Assembly (NCBI GenBank): GCA_951812955.1
Contig: OX638340.1
Location: forward strand, 1,088,001 to 1,152,000
From: an uncultured Gemmatimonadota bacterium
GTDB taxonomy: Bacteria; JAAXHH01
DNA: 64,000 nt
Reading direction: 5' to 3'
The position numbers were made by a program, and so were the translations under genes. The notes under the pieces are model-generated. The model was not told the DNA's origin and searched no databases. It saw nothing but the letters and a program-made list of their open reading frames with translations. Below are positions 29,804 to 39,853 of this stretch, in pieces (positions within the stretch are counted from its first letter, which is position 1; each line of letters opens with the position of its first letter).

Positions 29804-30802
29804 TCACGTCCAGACAACCTCCCGTGCCTCGCCCGCGGGACCGGCCTGCAGGATGGTGTCCGCCACGGCAATGGCCTTGATCGCCTCCGTGCCCGGCGAA
29901 AGGCACGTGACATCGCCACGCACGCACGATAGGAAATGCGCCGCCTGGCAGGCGTACATGTCGGGCTCCGCTTTCGACTTGATCAGCGTCTGCTCGCCTT
30001 CGCGGTTCGTGAAACAGCAGTACTGGTGAGGCTCATCGTCTTCCGGATCTGGCAGGTCACCTGTACCGAACTGAACAAAACCTTTCGGTCCGATAATGTC
30101 GTGCAATCCATTGCCCCGGGCCGCCCAGCTCCATGACATGAGCAACTGGTTTCCGTTCTTGTAGCGGACGATGGCGGAACAGGTGTCCTGGGCGGATGAT
30201 TCGGGGTCCATATCTATCGAACTGGAAAGGACGCTCTCGGGATCTCCGAAAAGGAAATTTGCGAAATCGTAGTTGTGGACGGCGCCGTCCATGAGCGGAC
30301 CGCCTCCGAGGTCGTGGTCCATGTACCAGCTTCCGGGACCGAATCCGGCCATGGCGTTACGCCAGAGGATGGGCGACCCCAGGTCCCCTGATGCGACGCA
30401 GGCGCCCCAGGACTTCCAGTAGGAGTCGAATCGCCGGCAATGGGCGACCATTAGCACGGTGTCCTTCCGTTCCGCAGTCTCGATCATACGCTGGCACTCG
30501 TCCACCGTTCTGGCCATGGGTTTTTCCACCAGTACCGGTATGCCTGCGTTGAGCGCGATCAAGGCCGCGGCACAGTGAAGGCCGGTGGGTACCGCAACGA
30601 CAACCGCGTCGACCTTACCGCTGTTGACGAGCGCTTCGGCCGAATCGAATCCCTCGGTGCCTGGAAAGTTGTCTTCAAATCGCGCACGCATTTCAGGGGA
30701 CGGATCTGCGCAGGCGACCAGGTGGCAACCATCGACCTGATCGAATGTCCGGGCCTGGTGCGTGCCCATGCCGCCGACGCCAATTGAACCCACTCTTATC
30801 AT
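29804..30802 (-). CDS. Gfo/Idh/MocA-family NAD(P)-dependent oxidoreductase
   Basis: MIRVGSIGVGGMGTHQ Rossmann N-terminus, EKPMA motif. Confidence 0.8.
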   Translation of the reverse strand: MIRVGSIGVGGMGTHQARTFDQVDGCHLVACADPSPEMRARFEDNFPGTEGFDSAEALVNSGKVDAVVVAVPTGLHCAAALIALNAGIPVLVEKPMARTVDECQRMIETAERKDTVLMVAHCRRFDSYWKSWGACVASGDLGSPILWRNAMAGFGPGSWYMDHDLGGGPLMDGAVHNYDFANFLFGDPESVLSSSIDMDPESSAQDTCSAIVRYKNGNQLLMSWSWAARGNGLHDIIGPKGFVQFGTGDLPDPEDDEPHQYCCFTNREGEQTLIKSKAEPDMYACQAAHFLSCVRGDVTCLSPGTEAIKAIAVADTILQAGPAGEAREVVWT

Positions 30803-31063
30803 AGTCTGTCCTTTCGTGGAGTGCCGTGAGAACTACCTGCAAGATCGCGGATTCTGCTGAATCAGGTTCTGCAATTTCCGGCAGAATCTGCATGAGAGGA
30901 TCGGCCTATGTGCACGTGATTTTTTGCCGGTCATACCTGTCCAATACAGGAGAAGCAAAAACTTGACTTATTTAAGGTCCACTTACACCTTGAGCATTCC
31001 ATCTATCGGATATGTATTCCGCTATGTCGCGAACATGGGGATAAAACCACGGGAGATCATGAA

Positions 31064-31387
31064 ATGTCCAACGCAATGGAGATCCAGGAAGCGAATCTGG
31101 CGAAAAAGGAACTGTCAAACGATGAACGACTGCAATTCGATGTGCAGTACGGGACCCGTCGAAAAGACCCTAATGTTGCCCTCGTTCTCAGCATTATGGG
31201 TGGTACGATCGGTTTAGACCGTTTCTACATAGGTGACATAGGCCTGGGCATCGCAAAACTACTGACACTCGGCGGGTTGTTCATCTGGACTATAATCGAC
31301 TTGTTCCTGATCATGGATGCGGCCCGGGCAAAAAACGGCGAACTCATGCGCCAGGTCCGGGACAGCATCGTTCAGTCGAGATCTTGA
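31064..31387 (+). CDS. TM2 domain-containing membrane protein
   Basis: ALVLSIMGGTIGLDRFYIGDIGLGIAKLLTLGG matches TM2 domain signature. Confidence 0.7.
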   Translation: MSNAMEIQEANLAKKELSNDERLQFDVQYGTRRKDPNVALVLSIMGGTIGLDRFYIGDIGLGIAKLLTLGGLFIWTIIDLFLIMDAARAKNGELMRQVRDSIVQSRS

Positions 31388-31432
31388 CTCGAACAACGGA
31401 ACAGGTCCACCTCCACTGGTTTCGCCGGCCTC

Positions 31433-31816
31433 TTACCACCGGGCCGTAGCCGTCTTGGGGTCCGGTCCGAACCGGTTTTCACCCTTGGTTCCATCCAGGA
31501 TCAAAAACACCAGGAGTATTATGACACCGACAATCGGAATAAATGCGATCAGAAACCACCATCCGCTGCGGTCGGTGTCGTGCAGGCGTCTAAAGATCAC
31601 AGCGAGATAGGGAATGATGACGGCGATATAATAAAGGGTACTGAGGAATCCTAGGTTGTCTCCGCTCAATTCGAATTTCCACCCCATAAACTCGTCGATC
31701 ACGGCGAGGAATATGGTAATGAGTGCGGAGAAAAGAAAAAACATCCAGAATTCCTTCCTTCGCGCCCTTCCGCTGAAAACCGTGTACTTCCTCAATACAT
31801 CGATATACCAGTGCAT
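31433..31816 (-). CDS. DUF805-family inner membrane protein
   Basis: RARRKEFWMFFLF... RRLHDTDRSGWW motifs typical of DUF805/YhaH. Confidence 0.7.
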   Translation of the reverse strand: MHWYIDVLRKYTVFSGRARRKEFWMFFLFSALITIFLAVIDEFMGWKFELSGDNLGFLSTLYYIAVIIPYLAVIFRRLHDTDRSGWWFLIAFIPIVGVIILLVFLILDGTKGENRFGPDPKTATARW

Positions 31817-31884
31817 GTTGCCTCCTCACCATGAGTGGCTATTGCCGTCCTGACACAGTAGTCTCGAATAACCAGGCAGTTGGC

Positions 31885-33015
31885 TCACTGCCACAAAATA
31901 TCCCCATCATCCATCTGCGAAGCAAGAAACTCCTCGTTCAATTCAACGCCCAGACCCGGTGCTTCCGTCATCACCACGTGTCCGTCCTGGATCACCGACT
32001 CGTCCGTCGCTAGCACGTCTTTCCATGTAGGATCGTCGAAACGGTGGTATTCCAGTGCCAGGAAGTTCGGGACACTCGCGCAGACGTGGGCGTCCCCGAC
32101 CGTGCTCAACGCGCTGGAGTTGTTGTGCGGAGCGAATGGCACGTAATACATCTCGGCCATGTTGGCGATCTTTCGGCATTCCGACAGGCCGCCGCATTTC
32201 GAGATGTCCGGCATGATGATATCGGCGGCCTGCTGCTGCAGCAGGTCGCGGAAGCCATGGCGAAGATAGAGGTTTTCGCCGACGCAGATGGGCGTCCCCG
32301 TGGCCTGCGTGATCTTGGCCAGGGCGTCGATGTTCTCGGGGGGAACCGGCTCTTCAAGCCACAGGAGATTCAGCGGTTCGAGTTCCTGGGCCATTTTCAT
32401 CCCCGCGCTGGCGTCATACCTGCCATGCAAGTCGATGGCAAGATCAAGAGACGGTCCGATGCCCTCGCGGATCGCATACGCTTCATCCACCAGGGACTTG
32501 AGTTCATCGGGCGTCACCGACCAGTTCCACGGATCCAGCTTGTGTGGGTTATCCGCGTCGTCCAGATCGAACTTGATCGCCGTGAAACCCTGTTCCCGCA
32601 CCTCCGCGGCACGTTCGTTGTAGTCGGCGTGGGCACTGTCCACGTATAGACGAACCCGGTCACGGAACTTGCCGCCCAGAAGCCGGTAGACGGGGACGCC
32701 CTGGGCCTTCCCCGCCAGGTCCCACAGGGCAACCTCGATGCCTGTGAGCGCGGAGATCGAAGCGCCGCCCGCACCGCCCATGAAGATGTACCTTCGACGG
32801 ATGTACTCGAAACAGGCATCCACGTCCCTCGGGTCCATGCCGATAATCATCTTCGCCATGTGCCGGGTCGACTCCCGCCAGCCGCCGTCGACGTGACTGG
32901 CTTCCCCCGTGCCGTATACCCCCTCGTCCGTGTATACGCGAACGTAATGGTACCGGTAGGTGGTATTCCCTGATTTAACCGGGACGTCAGCAGTTTTTAT
33001 TTCGGTGATCTTCAT
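31885..33015 (-). CDS. enolase-superfamily dehydratase (D-galactonate dehydratase-like)
   Basis: MKITEIKTADVPV... LLWLEEP, 376 aa. Confidence 0.8.
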   Translation of the reverse strand: MKITEIKTADVPVKSGNTTYRYHYVRVYTDEGVYGTGEASHVDGGWRESTRHMAKMIIGMDPRDVDACFEYIRRRYIFMGGAGGASISALTGIEVALWDLAGKAQGVPVYRLLGGKFRDRVRLYVDSAHADYNERAAEVREQGFTAIKFDLDDADNPHKLDPWNWSVTPDELKSLVDEAYAIREGIGPSLDLAIDLHGRYDASAGMKMAQELEPLNLLWLEEPVPPENIDALAKITQATGTPICVGENLYLRHGFRDLLQQQAADIIMPDISKCGGLSECRKIANMAEMYYVPFAPHNNSSALSTVGDAHVCASVPNFLALEYHRFDDPTWKDVLATDESVIQDGHVVMTEAPGLGVELNEEFLASQMDDGDILWQ

Positions 33016-33070
33016 CCGTGCTCCTGTCTGATTTTAAATCGATCGCAACATCCCGTCCCAATCACGGATT

Positions 33071-33167
33071 GCCTACTTCAATGCTAATCTCGTATACGCA
33101 ACTACCGGAATACCTATCTCGCATGCGCAACTACTGGCACTCCTACTTCAATGCCTGCTCAGTCTCC
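33071..33167. repeat. interleaved degenerate direct repeats (cctacttcaatgc x2; tctcgtatacgcaactaccgg x2) between enolase and NHL genes
   Basis: read directly. Confidence 0.7.
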
Positions 33168-35279
33168 GATCCGGACCGCCTTCAACCGGTTGTTGTAGTG
33201 GTCGCTGACGAGCAGCACGTCTTCGCCGAAGAAACACAGGCCATGGGGCTCGTTCAACGGCGCATCCAGTGCTGGCACCGACCGGTCGGTGTCGCCATAA
33301 TCCCCGCTGCCGGCGACGGTCTCAATCAGGCCGTTTCCGGGAAAGCGCCGCACGCGGTTGTTGCCCGAGTCGGAAAAGTATACACGTCCTTGTTTGTCCA
33401 AGGCCAGGCCTCGGGGAACAGATATCGCAGCGCTGGTAGCCTTTGTACCGTCCGGAGAAAATCCGGCTTCTCCGGTTCCGGCCAAAGTAGAAATAACCCC
33501 CGTATCTGCGTCCACCCGCCTGATGACATGATATCGGTCGTCCGCGAAGTAGAGGTGGCCGGAACCATCTACTCTAATGGCCGTAGGTGAGCCGACCCGC
33601 GCACGGGTCGCCGGACCGCCGTCGCCTGAATACCCCTGCAACCCGATGCCCGCGACCGTGGTGATGATACCCGTTCGTGCGTCTACTCGCCTGATGCGCC
33701 CGCAACCGGCATCGCCGATGTATATGTCGTCATCGGGACCGTGGGTCACGGCGAGGACGTGCATCAGGCACGCGCTCAGGGCCGGACCGCCGTCTCCCTT
33801 GTCCCACTGAAAGGCCGCGCCGGCGACGTTGCGGATAACGCCGTCTCGATCGATCCTACGCACGTGGCCGTGCCGCGTATCGGCGATGATCACGCGGCCG
33901 GCGCGATCCACCGACACGTCGTGGGGATTGCCAAGGTGGGCGTCGACGGCCGCACCGCCGTCGCCGCCGTAGGCCCGCGCACCGGTACCGGCAATGGTTC
34001 GAAAGATCCCGGTGTCCGGGTCGATGGACCGGATTCGCTGATTCCACACGTCGGCGATATGGATCGTGCCACCGGGGCCGACCGACAGGCCGCCCGGGCC
34101 GTTGAGAAACCCGGCCCTGGCGTTCTCGCCGTCGTGTACGCTGGTGCCGCCAAGGACGGTTGTAACGATCCCGGTACCGCCGTCGCACCTTCTGAGCCGG
34201 CCGGAGCAGTCGCCCCAGAAAACCGTGCCGTCCGGATCGGCGCAGATCCCCGCTTCCACGGAGTTGCACCGGGTGATGACGCCAGGCAGCCCTTCTTCGC
34301 CGAAACCCGGCTCGCCGGTCCCGACGAGTGTGCGGACGAGTCCGGTCTCCCGCTCCACCTTGCGGACCCGGAAGCCGTACTTCTCGCCGACGTAGAGGTT
34401 GTCGTGGACATCCAGGCAGATCGCGTCCGGCATGAGCGTGCTCGCCTCCGCGGCCGGACCGCCGTCCCCGTTGGAGGCGCGCTGTCCATTGCCCAGGACC
34501 GTGTCGATGATCCCGGACCGCATGTCGATCCTGCGTACCCGGTCGTTGGAATTGTCGCACACATATAGATCGCCCACTGAGTCGAAGGCAAGATGTTCCG
34601 GGTGGTTGAATCCGGCGTCCTTCGCCGGACCACCGTCGCCGTGGTATCCTCCCAGGCTCAGCCCCCTGCCCGAGTATGGCCGGCTGTCACCCCGTTCGGA
34701 TGGATAGTGCCGGGCATGATGGCCGAATACCGTATCGACGATCCCGGTCTGCGCGTCTATGCGACGGATGTTGTTGGTCCACTCGCTTGACAGGTACACG
34801 GTTCCATCGGGGTCCACGGCCACGCCGCAGGTACAGTCCAATTCGGCTTCCAGGGCCGGACCGCCGTCGCCGCCCCGGCCTATCCGCCCGTTACCGGCAA
34901 CGCGTGTGATGATGCCGGTCTCGTAATCGATTCGCCGGATGGTGAAGTTGCCCAGATCCGACAGATAGAGGTTGCCATGGCGGTCCTGGCATAGATCATG
35001 GGGGTGGCGGAACCGCGCTTCGGCGGCCGGACCGCCGTCGCCCGAATCGCCCGCGATGCCGTCCCCGGCAAAGGCGTGCAGCGTGCCATCGAGATCAATC
35101 CGCCAGATGCGATGCCACTGGTAGTCGATCACGATCAGGTCGCCGTCGGGCCGACGCACCACACCCATGGGCCACCCGGCGTCAGCTTCCCGCGCAGGGA
35201 TTCCCGCCCGCTGGCCCACACCCGCAATGATGGTAATCTCACCGGGAGGCAGGCTTTGTAGTTTTGTGATCATGCTCAT
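33159..35279 (-). CDS. NHL-repeat beta-propeller protein, ~12 highly regular repeats, no signal peptide
   Basis: repeated GDGGPA...A.L..P.G...D..GNLYV.D..N.RIRRID..TG.I.TVAG units every ~57 aa. Confidence 0.7.
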   Translation of the reverse strand: MSMITKLQSLPPGEITIIAGVGQRAGIPAREADAGWPMGVVRRPDGDLIVIDYQWHRIWRIDLDGTLHAFAGDGIAGDSGDGGPAAEARFRHPHDLCQDRHGNLYLSDLGNFTIRRIDYETGIITRVAGNGRIGRGGDGGPALEAELDCTCGVAVDPDGTVYLSSEWTNNIRRIDAQTGIVDTVFGHHARHYPSERGDSRPYSGRGLSLGGYHGDGGPAKDAGFNHPEHLAFDSVGDLYVCDNSNDRVRRIDMRSGIIDTVLGNGQRASNGDGGPAAEASTLMPDAICLDVHDNLYVGEKYGFRVRKVERETGLVRTLVGTGEPGFGEEGLPGVITRCNSVEAGICADPDGTVFWGDCSGRLRRCDGGTGIVTTVLGGTSVHDGENARAGFLNGPGGLSVGPGGTIHIADVWNQRIRSIDPDTGIFRTIAGTGARAYGGDGGAAVDAHLGNPHDVSVDRAGRVIIADTRHGHVRRIDRDGVIRNVAGAAFQWDKGDGGPALSACLMHVLAVTHGPDDDIYIGDAGCGRIRRVDARTGIITTVAGIGLQGYSGDGGPATRARVGSPTAIRVDGSGHLYFADDRYHVIRRVDADTGVISTLAGTGEAGFSPDGTKATSAAISVPRGLALDKQGRVYFSDSGNNRVRRFPGNGLIETVAGSGDYGDTDRSVPALDAPLNEPHGLCFFGEDVLLVSDHYNNRLKAVRIGD

Positions 35280-35454
35280 GCGTAATGGGCGAGGACCGGC
35301 GCCGGTCCGATGTGCCCGTGACAGGCGATAAAGCCTCGCCGATCGCGTCTGATTCTTCGAGGTATCAGGGCGTACAGGGCGGCAGCTTCAATGGGAAGCC
35401 GCCAAGTCAAGATGGTACAGGATCCGCACATGGTTGGCAACCGTTAAATGCAAA

Positions 35455-35483
35455 TTGACACCGGCACCGGGACCGGTTAAAAT
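35455..35483 (+). promoter_or_regulatory. sigma70-type promoter (TTGACA-17-TAAAAT) for malY/patB-like gene
   Basis: TTGACA at 35455-35460, exactly 17-nt spacer, TAAAAT at 35478-35483, 65 nt upstream of ATG 35549. Confidence 0.55.
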
Positions 35484-35548
35484 ACGTCGCCGTCCGCACT
35501 TGTTCCAGTGCCTCCCCATATCCCCGTATTGATGGAGAATGCCTCCCC

Positions 35549-36766
35549 ATGAACTATGATTTCGACCGGATCATCAATCGCAACGGCACCAATTCCTACA
35601 AGTGGGACTATGTGAAACGGGACGGGGCCGTTGTCCCCTGGGACGAGACCGATTCAGGCAGGCACGAAAAACCCGTACTGCCGCTATGGGTCGCGGATAT
35701 GGACTTTCCGTGCCCGCAGCCGGTGGTCGACGCGGTGACTGATATCGCCCGCTTGGGCGTTTACGGGTACGCCTTCCCGCCGCCGTCCTATTATGACTCC
35801 GTGGTTCGGTGGATGAAGCGGCGTCATGGCTGGACCGTCGATCCCGACACCATATGTTTTACGCCTGGTATCGTACCCGCCCTGCACATGCTGGTTTCGG
35901 CCTACACGAACCCGGGTGACAAGGTGCTGGTCCAACCCCCGGTGTACTACCCATTCTTCAACGCCATCGAGAATCTTCAGACGGTCCCGGCGTTGAATCC
36001 ACTGACCTACCGGGACGGCCGGTATTACATGGACTTTGACGACTTGGCGGTCAAGTGTGCCGATCCGGACGTTAAACTGGCCATTCTGTGCAGCCCGCAC
36101 AATCCCGTCGGCCGGGTCTGGTCCGCGGATGAGCTGCGGCGCTTCGGCCGGATCTGCATGGATAACGACGTGCTGGTCGTTTCCGATGAAATCCACTGCG
36201 ACCTGATCCTCGGAGACCGGACCTTCACGGCCTATGCTACACTCGGCGAGGAATACGAGGAACGGTCGATTATCTGCACCTCGCCCAGCAAGACCTTCAA
36301 TCTCGCCGCCCTGCAGGCTTCGAACATGATGATTCCCGATCCGGGACTCAGGGAGACCTTTCAGTCCACCGTCCGCAACGCCGGCCTATTCACCCTCAAT
36401 CCTTTCGGCATCGCGGCCGTCCAAGCCGCCTATGACCACGGGGAGGAATGGCTGGACCAACTCCTCGCCTACCTGGAAGGGAATTTCCGGTTTCTCGACT
36501 CCTTCTTCCGCGAGCGCCTGCCCGGCATACCCGTCATCGAAACCGAGGGTACCTATCTCGTCTGGGTGGACTTCACGAGCCTGGGCCTGGACAAGGACGC
36601 CCTCCAGCGCCTCATGATGGAGGAGGCCCGCGTTTTCCTCGACGAGGGGTACATCTTCGGCCGCGAGGGCGAGGGCTTCGAGCGGATCAACATCGCCTGC
36701 CCCCGGTCGATCCTTGCGGAGGCATTGGAAAGGATCGAGGGGGCTGTGAAGGGGATCATGTCGTAA
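35549..36766 (+). CDS. MalY/PatB-type PLP-dependent C-S lyase (class I/II aminotransferase fold)
   Basis: MNYDFDRIINRNGTNSYKWD N-terminus is diagnostic of the PatB/MalY family. Confidence 0.8.
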   Translation: MNYDFDRIINRNGTNSYKWDYVKRDGAVVPWDETDSGRHEKPVLPLWVADMDFPCPQPVVDAVTDIARLGVYGYAFPPPSYYDSVVRWMKRRHGWTVDPDTICFTPGIVPALHMLVSAYTNPGDKVLVQPPVYYPFFNAIENLQTVPALNPLTYRDGRYYMDFDDLAVKCADPDVKLAILCSPHNPVGRVWSADELRRFGRICMDNDVLVVSDEIHCDLILGDRTFTAYATLGEEYEERSIICTSPSKTFNLAALQASNMMIPDPGLRETFQSTVRNAGLFTLNPFGIAAVQAAYDHGEEWLDQLLAYLEGNFRFLDSFFRERLPGIPVIETEGTYLVWVDFTSLGLDKDALQRLMMEEARVFLDEGYIFGREGEGFERINIACPRSILAEALERIEGAVKGIMS

Positions 36767-36978
36767 TGGTTTCTGTTAAATGGGCTTAAGACTTGAACGA
36801 TCGTCGAAATTCACGTTGTTGTTTCGAGCAGAAGCTGACAAGCGCTAACACTGTAGCTTAACTACATGTCCCATTTTGGGGTGCACTACAAACTTAATCT
36901 AAGTCCCAGATCGGACGTGGCGAAGAAGAAACCAATATAACTCCGTCATGTCTTAACGAGATTTAGCAATCAAGCATT

Positions 36979-38481
36979 TCAGTATAATATAGTGATGTTT
37001 TTGTCAGTTGAGACTGTACCGGAACTTTTTTTTCCTTTCCGATCCTTACCCACACGGCTCACTACCACCCCCACGATCACGTTCAGCGCCAGGCCCAGCA
37101 CGCCGGCGTGCCATCCCCAGACCTTGCCCAGGCCCGCGAGGGTCAACCCTCCTGCCAGCAACGTGCCCGCGGCCATGCCGACGGCCGCGCCCGTCGCATT
37201 GAATCGCGGCCAGAGCACCCCCAGCACGAACAGCGGCGCCGTCTGGATCAGCACCTCCATTTTGAGCTCTATGAGTCCCCAGAGCGTGAGATCCGGGGAC
37301 AGAGCGATGAGCACCAGGATGGCCATGATCGCCCAGGATATGCGCTTGCCCCACGCGGTAAGACGTTCCTCCGGTAACGACCCTATCCGGAACCTGCCCA
37401 GCACATCCTTGACGAGCAGGGAGGAGAGGCTGAGCAGGACTGAATCGGCCGTCGACATGATGGCCGCGACGATGCCGGTGAGGACGAGCACGGTCATGAC
37501 GTACAGCCAGATGGATTCCGCCGCCCATACCCGGAGCAGGCGGGGCATGACCTGGTCGGTGTCTATGCCTTGCAGGCCCGCCAACTGCGGGATGGCCAGG
37601 ATCCCCACGAGCACGACCGCCGAGATGGTGACCAGGGGCATGAAGGCCATGAAGGTAAACGACCGTTTCAGGCTGCGGGTGCTCCGCGCCGCGAAGATTC
37701 GCTGAATGGCCTGGGGATATACGGCGGCGGCGAAACCCACCAGCAGGACCGTGCTGATCCATGTGCGGATCGTGTCTCCCTCCGGGAGCGCGGCTTTCTC
37801 AGGCTGGTTGGCGATGATCCATGCCGTCGCTTCCCCCAGGCGATCGCTGCCCGGCACCACGGCCGCCAGCATGCCGAGCAGACCCGCGAAGAGCAACAGT
37901 CCCTGGATGCAGTCGGTCCAGGCCACGGCCTGCATGCCGCCGATAGTCTCGTAGACCAGGATGATGACGCCCAGAACCACGACCCCAGCCCAGAACGGTA
38001 TGGTTCCGCCCGATAGACCTGAGACGATGTGCCCCACGGCGAGGAGCTGGGCGAGCAGGTAGTTGGAGATGGCGACCACGAAAAGGACGCCAGCGAAGAG
38101 TGTCAGTCCTTTCGATCCGAATCGATGGGTGATCCAGTCGCCCGGCGTCACGAAGTTCCACTGGCGGGAGGCGTTATAGAGCGGCGGCGCGAAGAGCAGA
38201 TAGGCCACCACGATGGCCATCATGAATCCGATGCTCATGATCCACGCGAAGCCCAGCCGGTAGGCCTCGCCAGGATAGCCGATGAGCGTATTGCCGCTGT
38301 ACTGCGTGGCGTAAAGTGTGAAGAAGAGGACCAGCGCGCCCAAGTTCTTGCCCGCCAGGTAGAAGGACGACATGGAGTTGTCCCGCCGACGGGACCGGGC
38401 CACGTATCCGAGGACAATCATGAAGACGAGGTACGCGACCAGGAACAGGAGTGCGCCGGGTCCGTAGGGCTGGTCCGCCAT
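36979..38481 (-). CDS. sodium:solute symporter (SSF) family transporter
   Basis: 500 aa, 13 TM-like segments, SSF N-terminal region YLAGKNLG... Confidence 0.8.
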   Translation of the reverse strand: MADQPYGPGALLFLVAYLVFMIVLGYVARSRRRDNSMSSFYLAGKNLGALVLFFTLYATQYSGNTLIGYPGEAYRLGFAWIMSIGFMMAIVVAYLLFAPPLYNASRQWNFVTPGDWITHRFGSKGLTLFAGVLFVVAISNYLLAQLLAVGHIVSGLSGGTIPFWAGVVVLGVIILVYETIGGMQAVAWTDCIQGLLLFAGLLGMLAAVVPGSDRLGEATAWIIANQPEKAALPEGDTIRTWISTVLLVGFAAAVYPQAIQRIFAARSTRSLKRSFTFMAFMPLVTISAVVLVGILAIPQLAGLQGIDTDQVMPRLLRVWAAESIWLYVMTVLVLTGIVAAIMSTADSVLLSLSSLLVKDVLGRFRIGSLPEERLTAWGKRISWAIMAILVLIALSPDLTLWGLIELKMEVLIQTAPLFVLGVLWPRFNATGAAVGMAAGTLLAGGLTLAGLGKVWGWHAGVLGLALNVIVGVVVSRVGKDRKGKKSSGTVSTDKNITILY

Positions 38482-38484
38482 GAG

Positions 38485-38703
38485 CTAACCGTCCTCCCGC
38501 CAGAATCTGTGGATCACGTAAGCCGTGAAGCACGCGATAGCCAGGCAGACGCCGAGGCAGATCACGACCCAGTACGGCAGGCCGAACCAAACCGGCATCG
38601 GGTCGATTTTCGGGATATACCATGGAATCGAGAGGGCGAACAGGACTGCGTACACTGCCCAGATCCATCGGGGAAACCGGAGGGCGGAATCGGGAGAAAC
38701 CAT
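38485..38703 (-). CDS. DUF3311-like small membrane subunit associated with sodium:solute symporters
   Basis: 72 aa two-TM protein immediately upstream of and 4 nt from SSF gene; start at MVSPDS chosen. Confidence 0.55.
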   Translation of the reverse strand: MVSPDSALRFPRWIWAVYAVLFALSIPWYIPKIDPMPVWFGLPYWVVICLGVCLAIACFTAYVIHRFWREDG

Positions 38704-38744
38704 AAATGTACTCAAAAAGTAGTACCCGGGAAAAACCGTATCCG

Positions 38745-39593
38745 CTACACGCGAACGTACTTGTGCACGAGGTTCTCCACGCCCACTTCGCCCACGTAGA
38801 TATCGCCGTAGCGGTCGACCCAGACGCTGTGGGCGCCATGGGCGCGATCGACGGGTCCGCCCCGGACGACCCACTGGGCGATGAGCCTTCCGTCCATGTT
38901 CATGATGGTGACCCCGCCGCCCTCGCCCAGGAAGACCGTATCCTCGTCATCCACGAACAGGCCGCAGGGCGCGGGACGCCCGGGCCATTCCGCGAGAAAG
39001 CTGCCCTCGGAGTCGAAGACCTGAATCCGGTTGTTGGTCTCCCGGTCGGCCACGAGAAGGCGTCCGTCGGACGCGGGAAAAATGTTATGGGGTAAGGTGA
39101 ACCGGCCGGGCGCGCTGCCTTGACCGCCCCAGGTGTGGACCAGGTCTCCCGAGGGCGTCATCCGGTGCACGTAGCACTGCCCGTATCCATCGGCGACGTA
39201 CAGGTCGCCGGACGGTCCTTTCACCACGCGCGTCGGCATATTGAACGGTTTGCCCGGTTCTCCGGTCTGGTTTGGCACGCCCAGTGTCTGCAGCAAGGTG
39301 CCGTCGGTTGAAAATACCCGGACGGTATGGTCTCTGCAGTCCGGAATGAAAATCCTGTCCTCCCCGTCGATCCAGATCTCGTGGGGCAGGGACAAAATGT
39401 CGTGACCCCATTCGTCCAACAGGCGGCCGTCCCGGTCGTAGACCACCACGGCGGGATTCGGCTCCCGGTCGACAACATAGACCCGGTCCCGTGAATCAAC
39501 GGCCACGGCCGTGGCGATACCCAGCGTCCGTTCGGAACCCCATCCGGGCACTTTCTCGTAACAGTAATCACCCGATCCCCAGATCATTGGCAT
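38745..39593 (-). CDS. NHL-repeat protein resembling peptidyl-alpha-hydroxyglycine alpha-amidating lyase (PAL) beta-propeller
   Basis: repeated D..G.IYV.D..N.RVQVF units, 282 aa. Confidence 0.6.
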   Translation of the reverse strand: MPMIWGSGDYCYEKVPGWGSERTLGIATAVAVDSRDRVYVVDREPNPAVVVYDRDGRLLDEWGHDILSLPHEIWIDGEDRIFIPDCRDHTVRVFSTDGTLLQTLGVPNQTGEPGKPFNMPTRVVKGPSGDLYVADGYGQCYVHRMTPSGDLVHTWGGQGSAPGRFTLPHNIFPASDGRLLVADRETNNRIQVFDSEGSFLAEWPGRPAPCGLFVDDEDTVFLGEGGGVTIMNMDGRLIAQWVVRGGPVDRAHGAHSVWVDRYGDIYVGEVGVENLVHKYVRV

Positions 39594-39853
39594 GTCCTCT
39601 CACGAATCGAATACGCGAATATGCGCTGAACTCCTGCCCCAGCCGGCAAATCCCCGGATGGACCCTATGGGCACAAAGGTTTTGTCGTGCTCATACCCGA
39701 AGTATATACTAAATTCGGTCCTGCGGTACCGGATATTTGCTGTATCAGGGACCTGGTTTCAGGTGCGCTGCGCTGCGGTGCGGTCCAGCTTCCGTATCCC
39801 TCACGTCGGCATCGATTCTCCGGTTTCAACTTACTTATGACAGGAGCCACCGC

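Noticed and set aside
30960-30995. TTGACT...possible promoter upstream of the TM2-domain gene
   Set aside because: No acceptable -10 hexamer at 16-18 nt spacing; too weak to call.
33741-34633. Three overlapping 230-275 aa ORFs in alternative frames inside the NHL gene
   Set aside because: Produced by the nucleotide periodicity of the NHL repeats; translations are Arg/Pro/Gly low complexity.
36767-36978. 212-bp AT-richer convergent spacer considered as an ncRNA (SRP/6S/tmRNA)
   Set aside because: No conserved SRP or tmRNA motifs recognisable by eye and only weak hairpins; left unannotated. Could be checked with Rfam.
36992-38016. ORFs 36992-37705 (+), 37046-37762 (-), 37570-38016 (+) within the sodium:solute symporter gene
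   Set aside because: Shadows of the SSF gene; the SSF frame gives 13 coherent TM segments.
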